A stretch of DNA of 60,566 nucleotides, filler included, from Sphacelaria rigidula (GCA_964200075.2; 9 parts of 9 records of this genome joined end to end with filler, not necessarily neighbours in it); one strand, 5' to 3'. Counted from the whole stretch's first letter, positions 1 to 12,194 are shown. The notes: generated by a model not told the origin, from the letters alone. Made by a program: numbers and translations.

Positions 1-2925
1 CACGCGGTCCTCTCACGCATTACACTGAGGCCCCGGGCTCGAGTCTGAAGCGGGCGAGCTGCTGCTGCTAGTGACATATTGGTCCATCGATTTTGTGGTC
101 TACCTCTCGTGTGTGTGTGCCCTGTTTTCAACTCCTTTCCTCAACTGCCTCTCATGCGGCGCAGTTTCGGTGGGTTTCCATGTGGTTCAGGAGGCATAAT
201 GTAGGACGTACGTAAGATGGGTATGTACTGGCTGTACTGGTAGCCTCTGACGCAGTAAAATACAGGAAAACTGCCAGTTCAGGAATACTGTCAGTAGATA
301 CTGGTCCAGTCCCCAACCCTACGAATTCCAGAGCGTATCACATGCTGACTGTTGGCTGCACCAGGGTCCGAGTAGGCTGATCGGCTTTTCAGGAGAACCT
401 GGGTACAGTAGGAGCTCTTCCCCACAAAGGAGAACGGCGGAGGAAATGATGCTCCTACTGTGTGGATGACAAATACATTCACAATTGAGCCACTACGACG
501 AAGAAGATGGTCAAATGAAATCTGGGAGTCGAGAAAGGGAGGGAGAGTTCGAGGAGACGTGGCGGCGGGAAAACAAACGCCAATCGATCGGACCGTGGGG
601 AAGGCTGTTGCGAGAGCCGGCAATCGGAGTCGCCACACAGCGAACACTACAACAACAACGGCTATCGAGGACTTCAGGATGGAAATGATCACTAGAGTCA
701 CTGCTTTATATCCGACTAGTGATGAGTGGAGGAATCCGGGCTAACGAGGGAACTGGTTTACCCATGTCTTCTCTCGTCGGTCCTTGACTTTTTCTCCCTG
801 CTTGTTGTGGTCTTCCGGTGTTTATGGTTGTGCTCCTGCTGTACATTTTTAACTTTTGCGTTGGATTCCATCGCATCCGTATTTTTCGCCCTCTTCGTTG
901 TCTTGTTCTGTTTCCGGTCCATCTACTTATCTCTCGTCCCCCCCACCCCTCGTCCAAGTTCCAGTGTTCCACAGTAAGTGTGTTTGTGTAACTTCCACAT
1001 GGCTCGTCGGTGAGAGCTGAAGCTCTAAATTCTGCGGTTGCGAGAAAGCTGAGTGCGATCTATTTCCACAGTCTCTTGTCTCGTTTTGTGTATAGCGTTA
1101 GTTTTTGCCCACTGTCTTCTTCACCTATTATAGGTCGTGCTGCGGGGGGCAGGGGTCGGTGATATTTACAACGCTTCAACGCTGTGTAGAGAGCACTGCG
1201 TGCCGACAACGTTATTCTTCATAGAAAAAAACGGAATTGCAGTATAAAGCAACTCAGGCACTCCCAACGGAGATCAAACCGTCTCCACAAAGGCCTGAAG
1301 ACGCCACAGCGTAGCGACATCTTCAACACACAAGACAGAGCATGAGTTTGTTTGTGCTGCAGCACAGTGGTACAGGACATGTTCCATTCGATAATTCTTT
1401 CCCTGATTTTAGGTGGGTCCTCGAGTTTTGCCCAGGGGCGATTTTCAAACGCTCGGCCATAATCGCGCTTCGCGCGAAAATATTTTAATTCACTTTGAGT
1501 TACCCCTATCTGTGCGAGGTGATTTTTTTTTCTTTGCCATTACATCCTGGACTTTTCTAGATTCAACACTTGGCCCGAGTGTCGGGTTGTACAGTTGGTG
1601 CACCCCGAGCAAGGGTTGAAGCCTTCACTCGTGGGAATAATATGGCGTGTCTACTTCGTCAATCCGATATCACCCGGCAAAGTTACAACGGTTTCTTCAA
1701 AATCAGCAAACTGATCAAACAAGCGGGTAGTAACAGCCGGTCATCGAAATTGAGAATGGAGTTTTGGAGTTTTTCATTGACTGAGGATGAGAAGCCGGAA
1801 AATTAAAATATTCATATCCACACCAAATTTCCGAAACATGGCTCTATTCCTTCACCTACTGGTAGCTATTGACAAATATTATACGCCATTCAAATTTGGA
1901 TTTCGATGACCGACATGTTGGGGTCTTGGATGAAAAACTATTTCCGGGGAACGTCGGCGATCCGATCGGATCACATTTTTTCCTTCATTTTTTTTGTTCT
2001 TGTCTTTCGCTTTTCCTTCCTATTCCTTTTCCTGCACTTTTCTTCGATTTTTTGCTCTCTCCTTTCCCAGCCCCCCCCCCCCCCCCCCCCCTGTTTTCTT
2101 TTTCCCCCCTCCTTTTTTTCCGGGCCCCTCCCCGTTCTGTTCTCCCTTCGGCGGGGGGGGGGGNNNNNNNNNNTTTTTTTTTTTTTTGCTTTTTCTTCCC
2201 CTTCCCTTTCCCCCCCTTTTCTTCCTTTTTTTTTTCCCCCCTTCCCCCCCCCCCCCCCCCCCCCCCTCCTGTTTTATCTTCACTCTCTCGTTTATTACGG
2301 AGTCTCTCTCAGTTATGTTATCCTTCTGGCGGGGGGGGGGGCACTATATTGTGATCACAGCTGGACCCCTTGGGGGTACGCCAATGCGCGACAATGATCA
2401 AAGAGGGTGCTTGGTCGACGGCCTGCAAGTCCAAGAGCGGCTTGACTGCTTCATGTCGGTTGGGAAGCGAGTGTATGTGCGTAGGGGAAATCAATCGCAG
2501 TTTTATTTGTCGTGTCACATCGAACTGCGCATAAGTGGTTTCGTTTGCTTCTTCAATGGGTGTGAGCACTCGTCGACCCAACCGCGGTTTTCTTGCTGAG
2601 GACACAACGATGGACCTGGGTGTCAGACGGGACGTAAAAAGCAAGAGGGAGAACAGACCGATCCTACGGCTCGTCATGAAATCAGCCATAAATTTACTGC
2701 TCGACGCGGTTTCCGGTCAGCAGCCAGATGTTACAGATCCTGGATTAATAAGCCCATGAGCGACACACTTTATAAAATGAGGTTAAGGATGCCGAGGTGA
2801 GCGCGAGACGTAGCCAGAATCCCACTAGTCGAGCTCTGCTGTTGCTACCGCACGCAGTAGCTCGGCCACCTCCAAGACAATCCGGTTTCGTGACGATCCC
2901 CCGTCGCATGCTCCCGATAATACCC

Positions 2926-3427
2926 TCAGACATCGATCAATGATCTATCATCAATAATCTTCCCAATCTTGAGCTCGAGATCTTCTAACCTAGCTTCCAG
3001 CGTGGCCACTTTCCCCCTCAACAGTGTGTTCTCCTCCTCTGCCATAGTCAGTCTTGAACGATTCGATTCCTCTCGTACACGGTGACACTCGACTTCTTCT
3101 GCCCGCCTACCTGCACCAACACCCCCGCCTCGCGTCGTGTATCCCCGCCATTCGTTCGCATTGTCACCACAGCTAGAAGCTGTTGCAACCTCCGCATCAT
3201 TGCGTCGAGATTCAAGCGCATCAAGCCGCATGAGAGCTGAAGCCAGGGCTGAGTTGAGAATGGGCACAATGCGGGAGTACGCGACCACCTTGAAACCTTG
3301 CCTGTCTTCCGATACAAGCTGCGGTAAGACTTCTTCGAGCTCCTGGGCGATGAAACCGTGCTGCCGGCCCGTTAGGATTGTTCGCGACGCGTGTTGTCGA
3401 TCGCTGTTCCATGTGTAGGTTACGCCC
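2926..3427 (-). CDS. Terminal exon of a Gly-rich fibre-like protein; C-terminal half of the peptidase S74 (intramolecular chaperone) domain plus coiled coil
   Basis: After a CAG acceptor it reads (R)GVTYTWN...HGFIAQELEEVLPQLVSEDRQGFKVVAYSRIVPILNSALASALMRLDALE..., matching the S74 'GFIAQE..EV.P.LV' motif. It ends at TGA (2926), and its phase matches the upstream exon. Confidence 0.9.
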
Positions 3428-3902
3428 CTGGGTTCATCATAGGGAAGATTGTGTACAAGGGCTTCTCATTTAATTTGTTGTTTTCCGCACGCAAGAGCTC
3501 TGCGTCAGGAGCTTCGCTCGCTTGTTACTACTGCTTTGCTCGAGCCGAGCAGGCGCTGTTATTTTCACCGCAAAACAAACGAGTGCACATAGGAAAACCA
3601 AGTGCCTCCAGTCGGAAGTGGTCTGAGTCAGGTCAAGGCGTTGCGTTGCGTGGGACACTGGGTAATACTTCCTGTAAAGAAGATATTTTACTACACGTAC
3701 TCTCGCCATCATTCAAACTGGTGGCCATAAACTCGTGGTCATAGACGAAAAAGCTCACATCGTACATTCCCATAGATATGCCATCAACACGCAGTTCTTG
3801 TTGAGAAGATCCTCGCAACACCTTAAATTCACCCGCAACCGATTCATACTGTCTACTGTCTACATCAAGCTGCACCGAGCCATCACCGCTCGCGAAACTC
3901 AC

Positions 3903-4189
3903 CGCAATCGGCGAACAATGTCCACCGCGTCAACGCCCGAAATGTCCTCAATCTCCGCTTTCAACCGCGCGTCCGAGCTATCCATGTAGGGACCGCGTCC
4001 CATCACCGCTCCGGCCACGGTAACGGAGCCCTCGAACATACTGTCAGAATCCACTTTCAATGGACCTTCTATCTGCAGCCCTCCTTCCCCAATCGATAAC
4101 GAGGATAAACCAGTGATCCCACCCCCCGCCGAGAAGTTGAGGGCCGCAGACAGCAGCGCTTGACCGGCAAAGTTTACACTGCCTGTCAC
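3903..4189 (-). CDS. Internal exon of the S74 fibre-like gene, containing the autocleavage motif
   Basis: CAG acceptor and GTGAG donor. Reads VTGSVNFAGQALL...GPYMDSSDARLKAEIEDISGVDAVDIVRRL(R); S-D-x-R-L-K is the S74 Ser-Lys dyad motif. Confidence 0.9.
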
Positions 4190-4359
4190 CTGAATGGAAT
4201 TGAAGAGAAGTCGCGGGTAGCGTGAGGAACGGGGTCGCTGTGTTGGACAGAGTACACGCGTATAAAGGCGAGAACGGAAGGGATATTCGGATCCCATCAC
4301 GGGGCTCCATAGGTTCGAAAAAGTCTCCAAAGCCCCAAACATTGACCAATTGGAGCTTT

Positions 4360-4510
4360 GGGGGGGGGGGGTACTCATTTGTTGCTTGCCTTAGTCGTTC
4401 GACCATTGACCACGCATCCCTTTCGAGACGGAGCACCGGGTGTGTGAGGGGGAGAGGGTTCAGAATTTCCAGTCGAAGAAGTCCCCTGGCCCCATCATAA
4501 GTGGGGGGAG
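4360..4510 (+). repeat. Poly-G-headed dispersed repeat (copies at 6578-6641 and 13310-13382)
   Basis: G-run followed by TACTCATTTGTTGCTYGCCT..GTCGTT.GACCATTGACCACGCA.CCCTT is seen three times. Two copies end at contig breaks. Confidence 0.85.
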
Positions 4511-5289
4511 GAGACAACATTTGGAGTCGAGAGGAGAAAACGAGACGCATGTGGGCGGGGGCAGCTTGATTGGAAGAATACCGTTGAACAATTGATATCA
4601 CGGTTGAGATGTGCGAGAACTTGTACGTACTAACCTGTTGTGGTGATCGCTACTGTTTCATATTCTGCGTCTCAACATCTCGCGATCAATGGAACCGAAG
4701 TCCTCTGATATCGGGTCAAATGCTGCACACGGCGACAACCGTACAGAATGGCACAGGGTGGCTGAAAGGATAGATACATCACGCGTTTGTTCGAGGCAAG
4801 GAAAAAAGAGAAGATACCGGGGTATCAGTGCCTTCATTAGAAAAGCTCACCACGATTTTGCACAACACAGCGCGAACGACACAAATTGCACCAGGAGCAT
4901 GCGTCGCTTCGGCCTTGCCACCTATACTCTCACATCTCCCAATCTCGAGGACGTTCACGCGAGGTGGTCGCCATATTACATTGTTGATACATGGTTGTTT
5001 TTGCTAAACCCTAATCCTAACCCTAATCTCGATCCAACCCAAACCGAAAACAACGGTTGGGGGGATACATTGTATGCCATGGGCGAAGTGTGTGTTTGCA
5101 GAGCTCAAAGCGGCGCCGCGCTGTCCGGAGCACCTGGGACTGTCAGCCCCCAAAAGATCCGAGTACGATAGTCCACGCTGAAAGCAAGCATCTTCTCGCC
5201 CAACTACCTTGGCGACCAGCTCGCGTAAACTCTACAGCCCGCATCACAACGCAGTACGCAGGAGTTCCCTACGTTCGGCAGCAACTCGC

Positions 5290-5805
5290 CTCATGTCCAG
5301 CAATCTTCTGTGTCACGAACACCCCATCATCATCATCGAATCCCACGCCACGCGCCACTAGTAATTCCCCACCAGGGCCAGCAACAACCATCCTAGCCCT
5401 TGCCCCACCTCCACCTCCGATCTCCCGCCCCGCGGTAGCAAGTTCGCCAATCTTCGCTCCTCCCTCAACAACCATGTCTCCCAGCACATGCCCTCTGATA
5501 CTTGGATTTTCAAGGTAGGCGTTCTTTATTCGGTTTCCACTGGCATCGATCCCTCCCCCAAGTTCGAGCTCGCCGCCCACCGTCACACCGCCACCTATTT
5601 CAAGTTTTCCTCCTACGACGGCGGCGCCGCTGCAACGTAGCTCGCCGGCGTTGACAGGACCAGACGCTGATACGGAGGCGGCGGACAGGGTTAGGGCAGC
5701 CGGGTCCGCTGGGCCAATTAGACCGCGGGTGCCGATGGCCAGCAGGGAGTTTGTTGGCAACGAGGCGTGCGCGCTGAGGTGCAGGGCTCCGAGGACGGTG
5801 AGCTC
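5290..5805 (-). CDS. Internal exon of the S74 fibre-like gene (Gly-rich beta-strand repeats)
   Basis: Open 172-codon frame ELTVLGALHL...GGKLEIGGGVTVGGELELGGGIDASGNRIKNAYL...KIAGHE after a CAG acceptor. The donor is inferred to be non-canonical (GAG|GCGAGT), so the 3' boundary is less certain. Confidence 0.75.
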
Positions 5806-6193
5806 CTGATCGCGCGCGTGCGGACGGGGTGAGGGGTGGTTGGATGGTCAGGTGGGTGGGGGTGAGGGCGAGCTGATTGTTTGGAGTCAGTGTTGGACAT
5901 TCAACTTGGATAATTTCGATCAGGTGATTGACCGGTGGCACGGAAAGGGGGCTAGGCGGGTGGCGAAGAGGGCAAGGTATACAATGATTGTCGAAGGGGG
6001 CGTGAGGTCACATTCGTAAGGAAAATCATTATCCACATGTCTCACCATGATGTTTTTGTCGTGTGATACAATCCGTAAGTCAACGGTGATATTACGAATT
6101 CAGGACGTCACTCTGCGTGACATGATCCAACGACTTTTCGTTGTAGTAGGTATTGGTGTGTGTAACGTCTACAAAATATCTTGCCGTTATTAC

Positions 6194-6535
6194 CTCGAGC
6201 TCAGCTAAGTTCGGAACGCCTCCGCCATCAGAGTTCAACAACCGGTGCCCCGCCAGGTCTAGATTGCCTTCCAACGTCGTCGTGCCTCCAAGCTTTAAAT
6301 TCTGAATTGCACCATCCTTGAAGGCAAGGCCCCCTCCACCCCTAGCCTGGCCAAGCGTTGACGCTCGAGCCGTCGTTGTTGATCCTCTACCGTCGCCGTC
6401 TTCAATCCCGTTGCCGTTCGAAAAAACCGCAAGATATCCCTCACTTACTGGCGGTCGGCTCGAGACCGACAATTCGCCAGTGTGCAAGCGCGGTACGACC
6501 CCCCTGCGCAGAGAGGCGGTTTGACGGAGTTTAGC
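6194..6535 (-). CDS. Most 5' visible exon of the S74 fibre-like gene; the gene is 5'-truncated by the contig end
   Basis: CAG acceptor and GAG|GTAATA donor. The 114 codons include GGGGLAFKDGAIQNLKLGGTTTLEGNLDLAGHRLLN, the same repeat type as the next exon. Confidence 0.75.
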
Positions 6536-6641
6536 CTGGAATGTGGTATTTATAGTAGAAAAATTGCATTTGTAGTGGGGGGGGGGGCGTACTCATTTGT
6601 TGCTCGCCTTCGTCGTTTGACCATTGACCACGCATCCCTTT

Positions 6642-6741
6642 NNNNNNNNNNNNNNNNNNNNNNNNNNNNNNNNNNNNNNNNNNNNTTAATTAATTAANNN
6701 NNNNNNNNNNNNNNNNNNNNNNNNNNNNNNNNNNNNNNNNN
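6642..6741. other. Artificial contig linker; identical linkers at 13383, 20124, 26865, 33606, 40347, 47087 and 53827
   Basis: 44 N + TTAATTAATTAA (stop codons in all six frames) + 44 N. The intervening contigs are 6641 or 6640 bp. Confidence 0.99.
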
Positions 6742-6989
6742 AGGCGAGCCTACGTCTGTGACCACGGGTTCGCGAGATCGGACTAATGTGCGGAAATAAT
6801 AATAAGAAGAACAAGGAAAAGAAGAAGAACAAGGCACTTCCCTATTTGTTAAAAACAGCTGCCCAGAACCGCGACAGGTAGCAGCATCAACCACAAGAGT
6901 GCCATAAAGCATATAGACACGCATCAGGTGACATAACCCTTTCCTCCCCAATGTGGGGTAGGATATCATTCGGTCCTGCTCTTCGGAGG

Positions 6990-7170
6990 TGTCTTAGCGC
7001 ATTAGTTTTCGATCGAAATTGTGCGGTGGAAAAAACAAATCCGGATCTGATAGGCCGTGATTTCAACCATCTTCAAGATTTTCGACGATGGTTGAAGTGA
7101 CGGCCTATGAGATCGAAATTTTTGTTTTCCACCGCACAATGTCGATCAAAAACTAATGTGTGCTAAGACA
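6990..7170. repeat. 181-bp imperfect hairpin with TGT...ACA ends
   Basis: TGTCTTAGC...ATTGTGCGGTGGAAAA...TTCAACCATC / GATGGTTGAA...TTTTCCACCGCACAAT...GCTAAGACA. Confidence 0.8.
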
Positions 7171-7298
7171 TCGCATTAAGCTATCGCCGTAGCACAGCAG
7201 AGTGATGCTACGGTAGGAGTGCACAAATATTTTCTGTTGGGAGCCCTTCATCTCATATGAAACACGACTCATGAAATAGGTGAGGGTACGCCAGGATT

Positions 7299-7376
7299 AC
7301 TAACCCTGACCCTAACCATATGGATGTTCAAATTCCGATGCTGTCCTCAGAGCACGCGGTCCTCTCACGCATTACA
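7299..7376. mobile_element. MITE family A, truncated end (another end lies at 1-24)
   Basis: CTAACCCTGACCCTAACC...CACGCGGTCCTCTCACGCATTACA. Confidence 0.75.
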
Positions 7377-8631
7377 CTTAGTATAGTCATTCGCGTAGGG
7401 CAAACACCTTCACATCACCCACCTTCGCTCATCCGTCGGGCCCAAGACCACTACTCTCTGGAAGACAGACATCAATCGATATTGCAAGTTCTGGGACTGC
7501 TTACAGTCAGCACACCCAAGGCACAGCGCACCCACTGCGTTTGAGGAGCCATGCTACGACAGGGGGTGGGGGTTCGATTGCACGAAGACATGTGCTCATA
7601 GATGCGTCAAACGACCTAGAACACTCGCGCACCGCTTGTTTTTGGGCAAACGCCATGTAAAGCAGTATGAATATGAGCGTTATCTATCGGGGGCAAGCGC
7701 GTGCGAACACCTGTCAGCTGCTTTCAGCAATGCTTGAAGTAGAATTTCGTGGAAGAAAACGGCCCAGAATACCCCTTCCTCCGCCTCTATCGTAGAACGG
7801 CTGTTTGTTGCATACGTTAGGTATGGGGACGCTCGAGCCACCAGTGCGTGGCCGTTCCCTCCGAGGCTTTAAAGCAACACGAATCGGTCCTGTGAATAAA
7901 TGTCTCTGACATATACGAAGTATATATATATATATATATCCATGGGCGCGTCGGTATGGCAGTACTGGTGTATCGACCCAAAATGTGTAATCCAATGGCT
8001 GCCGCCTCCAATCTCAACTGTGACGCTCCATCGTGACTAACTAATCCGATGACTCCTCCCGCCATAATAATAATAATTATTATTATTATATCCGTCACAT
8101 CAGCTCGATCTCTGGAACCCGTGGATCACAGACGTAGGCTCGCCTTTCCAATACCGTCCCTTCTATTCCTTACAAGAGATGGAGCTCTCATCGTTTCTTA
8201 TGAGATTCCAAAACAAGGACAAAACACAGAAACAAAAAAAAAATCCGGAACAAATGAAAACAAGGAGAGAGGCGCCAAGAAAACAGAAGAGATAGCTTTT
8301 CTCCCGCATTAATAATCGGGGTGGGGCGAAAACAAACCCGTCAGATCTGCTCATGAAGTATACGGAAGAAAAAGCGAGAGAGAAGAAAAGACAGGAAGGA
8401 CAAGAGGGGTGAGTATATGCACCCTAAATTCGCGGGCACCCAAAGGGGCTGAGTAAGCCTTTAGATACCGAGCTGCTGAGGATTAAACCGAATTTCCGGG
8501 AGACTGCCGCTTCCATCCTTACCACCACCCCTCCCTGCGGGACGAATGTTTTCAGCGTGAAAAATTTGAGCGCTAGCAGCCTCCATCTTCTGTTTGGTAA
8601 GCATTAGCGAAGCAGCAACGACGGTGTATAC

Positions 8632-8811
8632 CTGGCGCTTGAGCATGGTTCCAGCCGCCTCCCCTTCCTCCTCCAGCAGCAACGCCTCTGTTTCGGCAGT
8701 CCAGTGCAGCTGCGACGCATTCAGGACACACATCCCCGGCCACTTTTGCATCCACTCGCAGCGGTGGCCACACAGGTAGTCTTCGATAGCCCGTTGCATG
8801 TGATCACGAAC
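8632..8811 (-). CDS. DNAH: Axonemal dynein heavy chain, third visible exon
   Basis: Reads VRDHMQRAIEDYLCGHRCEWMQKWPGMCVLNASQLHWTAETE (R..W...WPG..VL..SQ..WT motif). CAG acceptor, GT donor. Confidence 0.92.
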
Positions 8812-9583
8812 CTGTCAAAACAGGTGAAAGCCCAGAAAAATAGAAAACAAAAAGGGGGGGGGGGAAACCATGCGGAAAAAAATGAGATTGATGGCATGAA
8901 TCGGAGCACCCTAATAGTGGATGAAATATGCTCTACACATCTGTGTACTTTCGCTTGTTCCGCTTGTTCTCATAAATATATGTTTCCCCTTTCCTTTATC
9001 TGTAAAACGTCAAAGCCCAGAAGAAACAAAAAAAAAAAGAGGAACACTATGGGACAAAAAACGAAAAAAGTGGCATGCATCGGAGCATCGCGGTGACTGA
9101 AATATGCCCTGCACATGTATGTGTTTACTCCATACCCTCGACAAAAGATTACACCGTCAAAAAATGTACTGTAGTGCGTGCAGTATCGACTATTGCGCCT
9201 ATTGCAACAGACAATTGATTCCATACTGTACGCAGTACATTTTTTTAACAATAAGATCCACTGTCCAGGGTGTAGTTTCCTCTTGCTTGTTCTATTATTT
9301 TTCTGTTCATATATTTATGTTTCTCGCTTGCCAGAGTCCCCGCCAGCAAGTGTTATACCTGCATGGTTTACATCCATTTTGTGACCACGGCTGAGGTCTC
9401 CGGAAATCAGCCAACCCTCGACAATCAATCGATCATTGAATCAATATACCAACCAAAGCGGTAAATCGCCGATAGAAAGACCACCGCTGCACGCCATGCT
9501 TGCGCTAGAGCTGTGCCAGGTGTCACGTCATCTTCCATCGTACGCGGCCGACCCGGCGTTCAAAGGCGTGGTCGCGGATGAGC

Positions 9584-9797
9584 TGTAATAATGCTTGAGA
9601 GGACCGCGTGCCTGGGGGACCGCATCGGAGTTTCAACACCCCTATGGTCGAGGTTAGGGCCAGGGTCGGTGTTGGTGTTGGGGTAAGGGGTGCGGTCCCT
9701 GCAGGGACTGGCCCGATTGGTTTTGAAATCCGTTTATCCTGAGGTGTTTTGAACTACGATGCGGTCCCCTAAGCACGCGGTCCTCTCACGCATTACA
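9584..9797. mobile_element. MITE family A copy in a dynein intron (opposite orientation)
   Basis: Same TIRs and the same internal CCCTGCAGGGACTGGCCCGATTGG segment. Flanks TGAGC/TGGGC form a 5-bp TSD with one mismatch. Confidence 0.85.
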
Positions 9798-10219
9798 TGG
9801 GCACTAAGCAGCATTAAAATGGTGGAGCAAGTCATATTGACACCAGAACTACCAGATCACGTAAAAAATAGATAACTGAGCTTTTCATTGAGGATGTGAA
9901 CCCGGAGGATTAAAATCACCATCTGCACACCAAATCATCGAAATACGGTTCCATTCCTTCACCTGTTGGTGGCTATTGAAAAGTACTACACGTCAAGCGC
10001 AATTGGATTTTGATAGCCGAAATGCAAATTTGTATGGTGTGTAGCAGATGTCAATACCTACCAGTAGGTGAAGGAGTGGAGCTATCATTCGAAGATTTTT
10101 ATCCTCGGGGTTCTCATCCTCAATGATAAGCTCCACCCTCAATTTCGATGATCGGCTGTTACCACCAGATTACGTCGGAGATCGATTACAAGCACGCTCG
10201 CAGACACCTTCTTACTTAC

Positions 10220-10360
10220 CGTCAAGCGCATCTTCCCCTCGAGCTCGAGCATCCAACCTTCCACGTTCTGGCCCTTGGGGTCGATCGCTTCTACTAGCTC
10301 CAGAGACTCCCCCTCGGGTGACACCATATGAGTTATCAGTAGATCTCGATCGAACACCAC
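10220..10360 (-). CDS. DNAH: Axonemal dynein heavy chain, next exon
   Basis: Reads VVFDRDLLITHMVSPEGESLELVEAIDPKGQNVEGWMLELEGKMRLT (M.S.EGE and VE.W..LE..M motifs). TAG acceptor, GTAAGT donor, in phase with the flanking exons. Confidence 0.92.
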
Positions 10361-10547
10361 CTAGGTATTGCACACCCGCAATCGAGAATTGAGGCTCGAC
10401 GAGTCAGCAGGAGACACGGCGTCTGCACGGCCGCATTCGGCGTTGCGGCGGACATTGGTCGAAGACTGTCTCCGTGGTGGAGGAGATCCGTGGTGGATGA
10501 TAGGTTCAGCAGCCAACATGCGCCACTTATCAACGCGATATTTCACG

Positions 10548-10958
10548 AATTGAGGATGGATTATCTATTAAGGATGAGAAACCCGGAGAACTCAACTCTC
10601 CGTATACACACCAAATCTTCGAAATATATTTACACTCCTTTACTTGCTGGTAGCTACTGACAAGTACTACACGCCATACAAATTTGCATTTCGATAGCCG
10701 AAATGTTGGGGTCCTAGATGAAAAACCATTTTTGGGGAACTTCGGCGATCCGATCGGATCACCTAAATTCCCCAAATTTTTTCTTAACCTAGGACCCCAA
10801 CGTGTCGGATGTCAGGATCCAAATTTGTGTGGCGTGTAGTAGTTGTCAACAGCTACCAGTAGGTGAAGGAGTGGAACTATATTTCGAAGATTTTGTGTAG
10901 ATACGAAGGTTTTAATCCTCCGGGTTTCTCATCCTCAATAAATAATCCATCCTCAATT
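10548..10958. repeat. ~410-bp imperfect palindrome (foldback element)
   Basis: Arms AATTGAGGATGGATTAT...ATAATCCATCCTCAATT, centred on GATCCGATCGGATC. Related sequence at ~9886-10145 (also a foldback) and ~1780-1975 (one arm). Confidence 0.85.
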
Positions 10959-11491
10959 TGTAAAATCCCGTGTATATTATGTGTTGTACAGAAAGAAGCG
11001 CACGTTCGGGAGTAAAAACCCATCCCCATTTTGTAAAATCCCGTGTATGTCATATGTTGTACAGCAAGAAGCGCGCGTTCCGGAGTTAAATCAAACAGCA
11101 TGGGACCTTGTGACAACTATGACACGATGCGAGCAATCAGCAGATTTCCCAGCCGAATACAGTATTTACTCCAGACAACATGGAGGTGGAACAGCTCACA
11201 CGAGCGATTGCTCACGCTAGCGAAGGGCGTTTTATTATGTTTTTTCCACCCACTTCAGCAGAATCAACATCAGTCATTGTTGCTGATGTTTCGTACACCT
11301 CATCTGGCGAGCTCCGCAGTTAGTTGCTGCTGTCACACGCGTCGATCGTGTATATAGGTCAGGCGACCGGAAACGTAACAAGGTCCAGTGAAGGAGATCA
11401 TTTTGAGACATCACCGTTGCGTCCCATGCTAGTCACCTTGGAAGCGAGCAATGCCTAACTCCTAAAGAACAAATTCTTCCTCCGAGGTGAG

Positions 11492-11595
11492 GAGCAATGC
11501 TACGGTAGGGGTGCACTTTGTGCGCAAAATTGTGTCTGGTTCAGGGGCTCCTAAGGATTCTAGATGCACACGAATATGGGTCAGGGCATCCCTTT

Positions 11596-11630
<35 letters not shown>

Positions 11631-12115
11631 CGCACTTTAGCTGACCCCCCAGGAGTCATGATCCAGCCGTGGTATCATGATGGACGTACCCAAGAAAAAC
11701 GAAGCTGAAACACGCTCTGAGAAAAAGGAGGAACAGAGAACAAACAAAAAAAACGGGTCGAACAGAACGATATAGCAGACCAATTCGAAACAAAACAAAA
11801 AGAGAATGAAAACGTCAACACAAGCAAAACACAGAAAGAAATGGCCCACCTAAAACGAAAAAAAGGAAAGGAAGAGGAAAGTACAAAACAAATAAAATAA
11901 AATGCATTACAACGATGGAAAAAAAAAAGAAAAAAAAGAAAAAGAAGGATTTTTTTCTTCGCAAATTCATTTGGGATATCCCTAGCACATTGGAATAGTA
12001 ATCCTGGCGTACTCTCATATATTTTATGAGCCGTGTTTTGGATCAGATGAGAGTCTCCCAGAATTTATAACTTCGGAAAATAATCGTGCACCCCTACTAC
12101 TGTAGCATCGCTCTG
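11492..12115. mobile_element. MITE family B with a nested retroposon-tail insertion
   Basis: TIRs GAGCAATGCTACGGTAGGGGTGCAC...GTGCACCCCTACTACTGTAGCATCGCTC. Homologous to 30170-30345, 32985-33230 and ~7198-7302. The segment ~11592-11958 is absent from the 30170 copy. Confidence 0.8.
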
Positions 12116-12194
12116 AACCCTTTCCAAAAGCAGAGAAGTAACGCGCGGAAAAAGAGGAATCGGTAGTGCTTGCAGCGGGGAGCACCAGGCGTAC

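Noticed and set aside
1869..2599. Pro/Phe-rich ORFs
   Set aside because: They are translations of low-quality homopolymer sequence around a 10-N gap.
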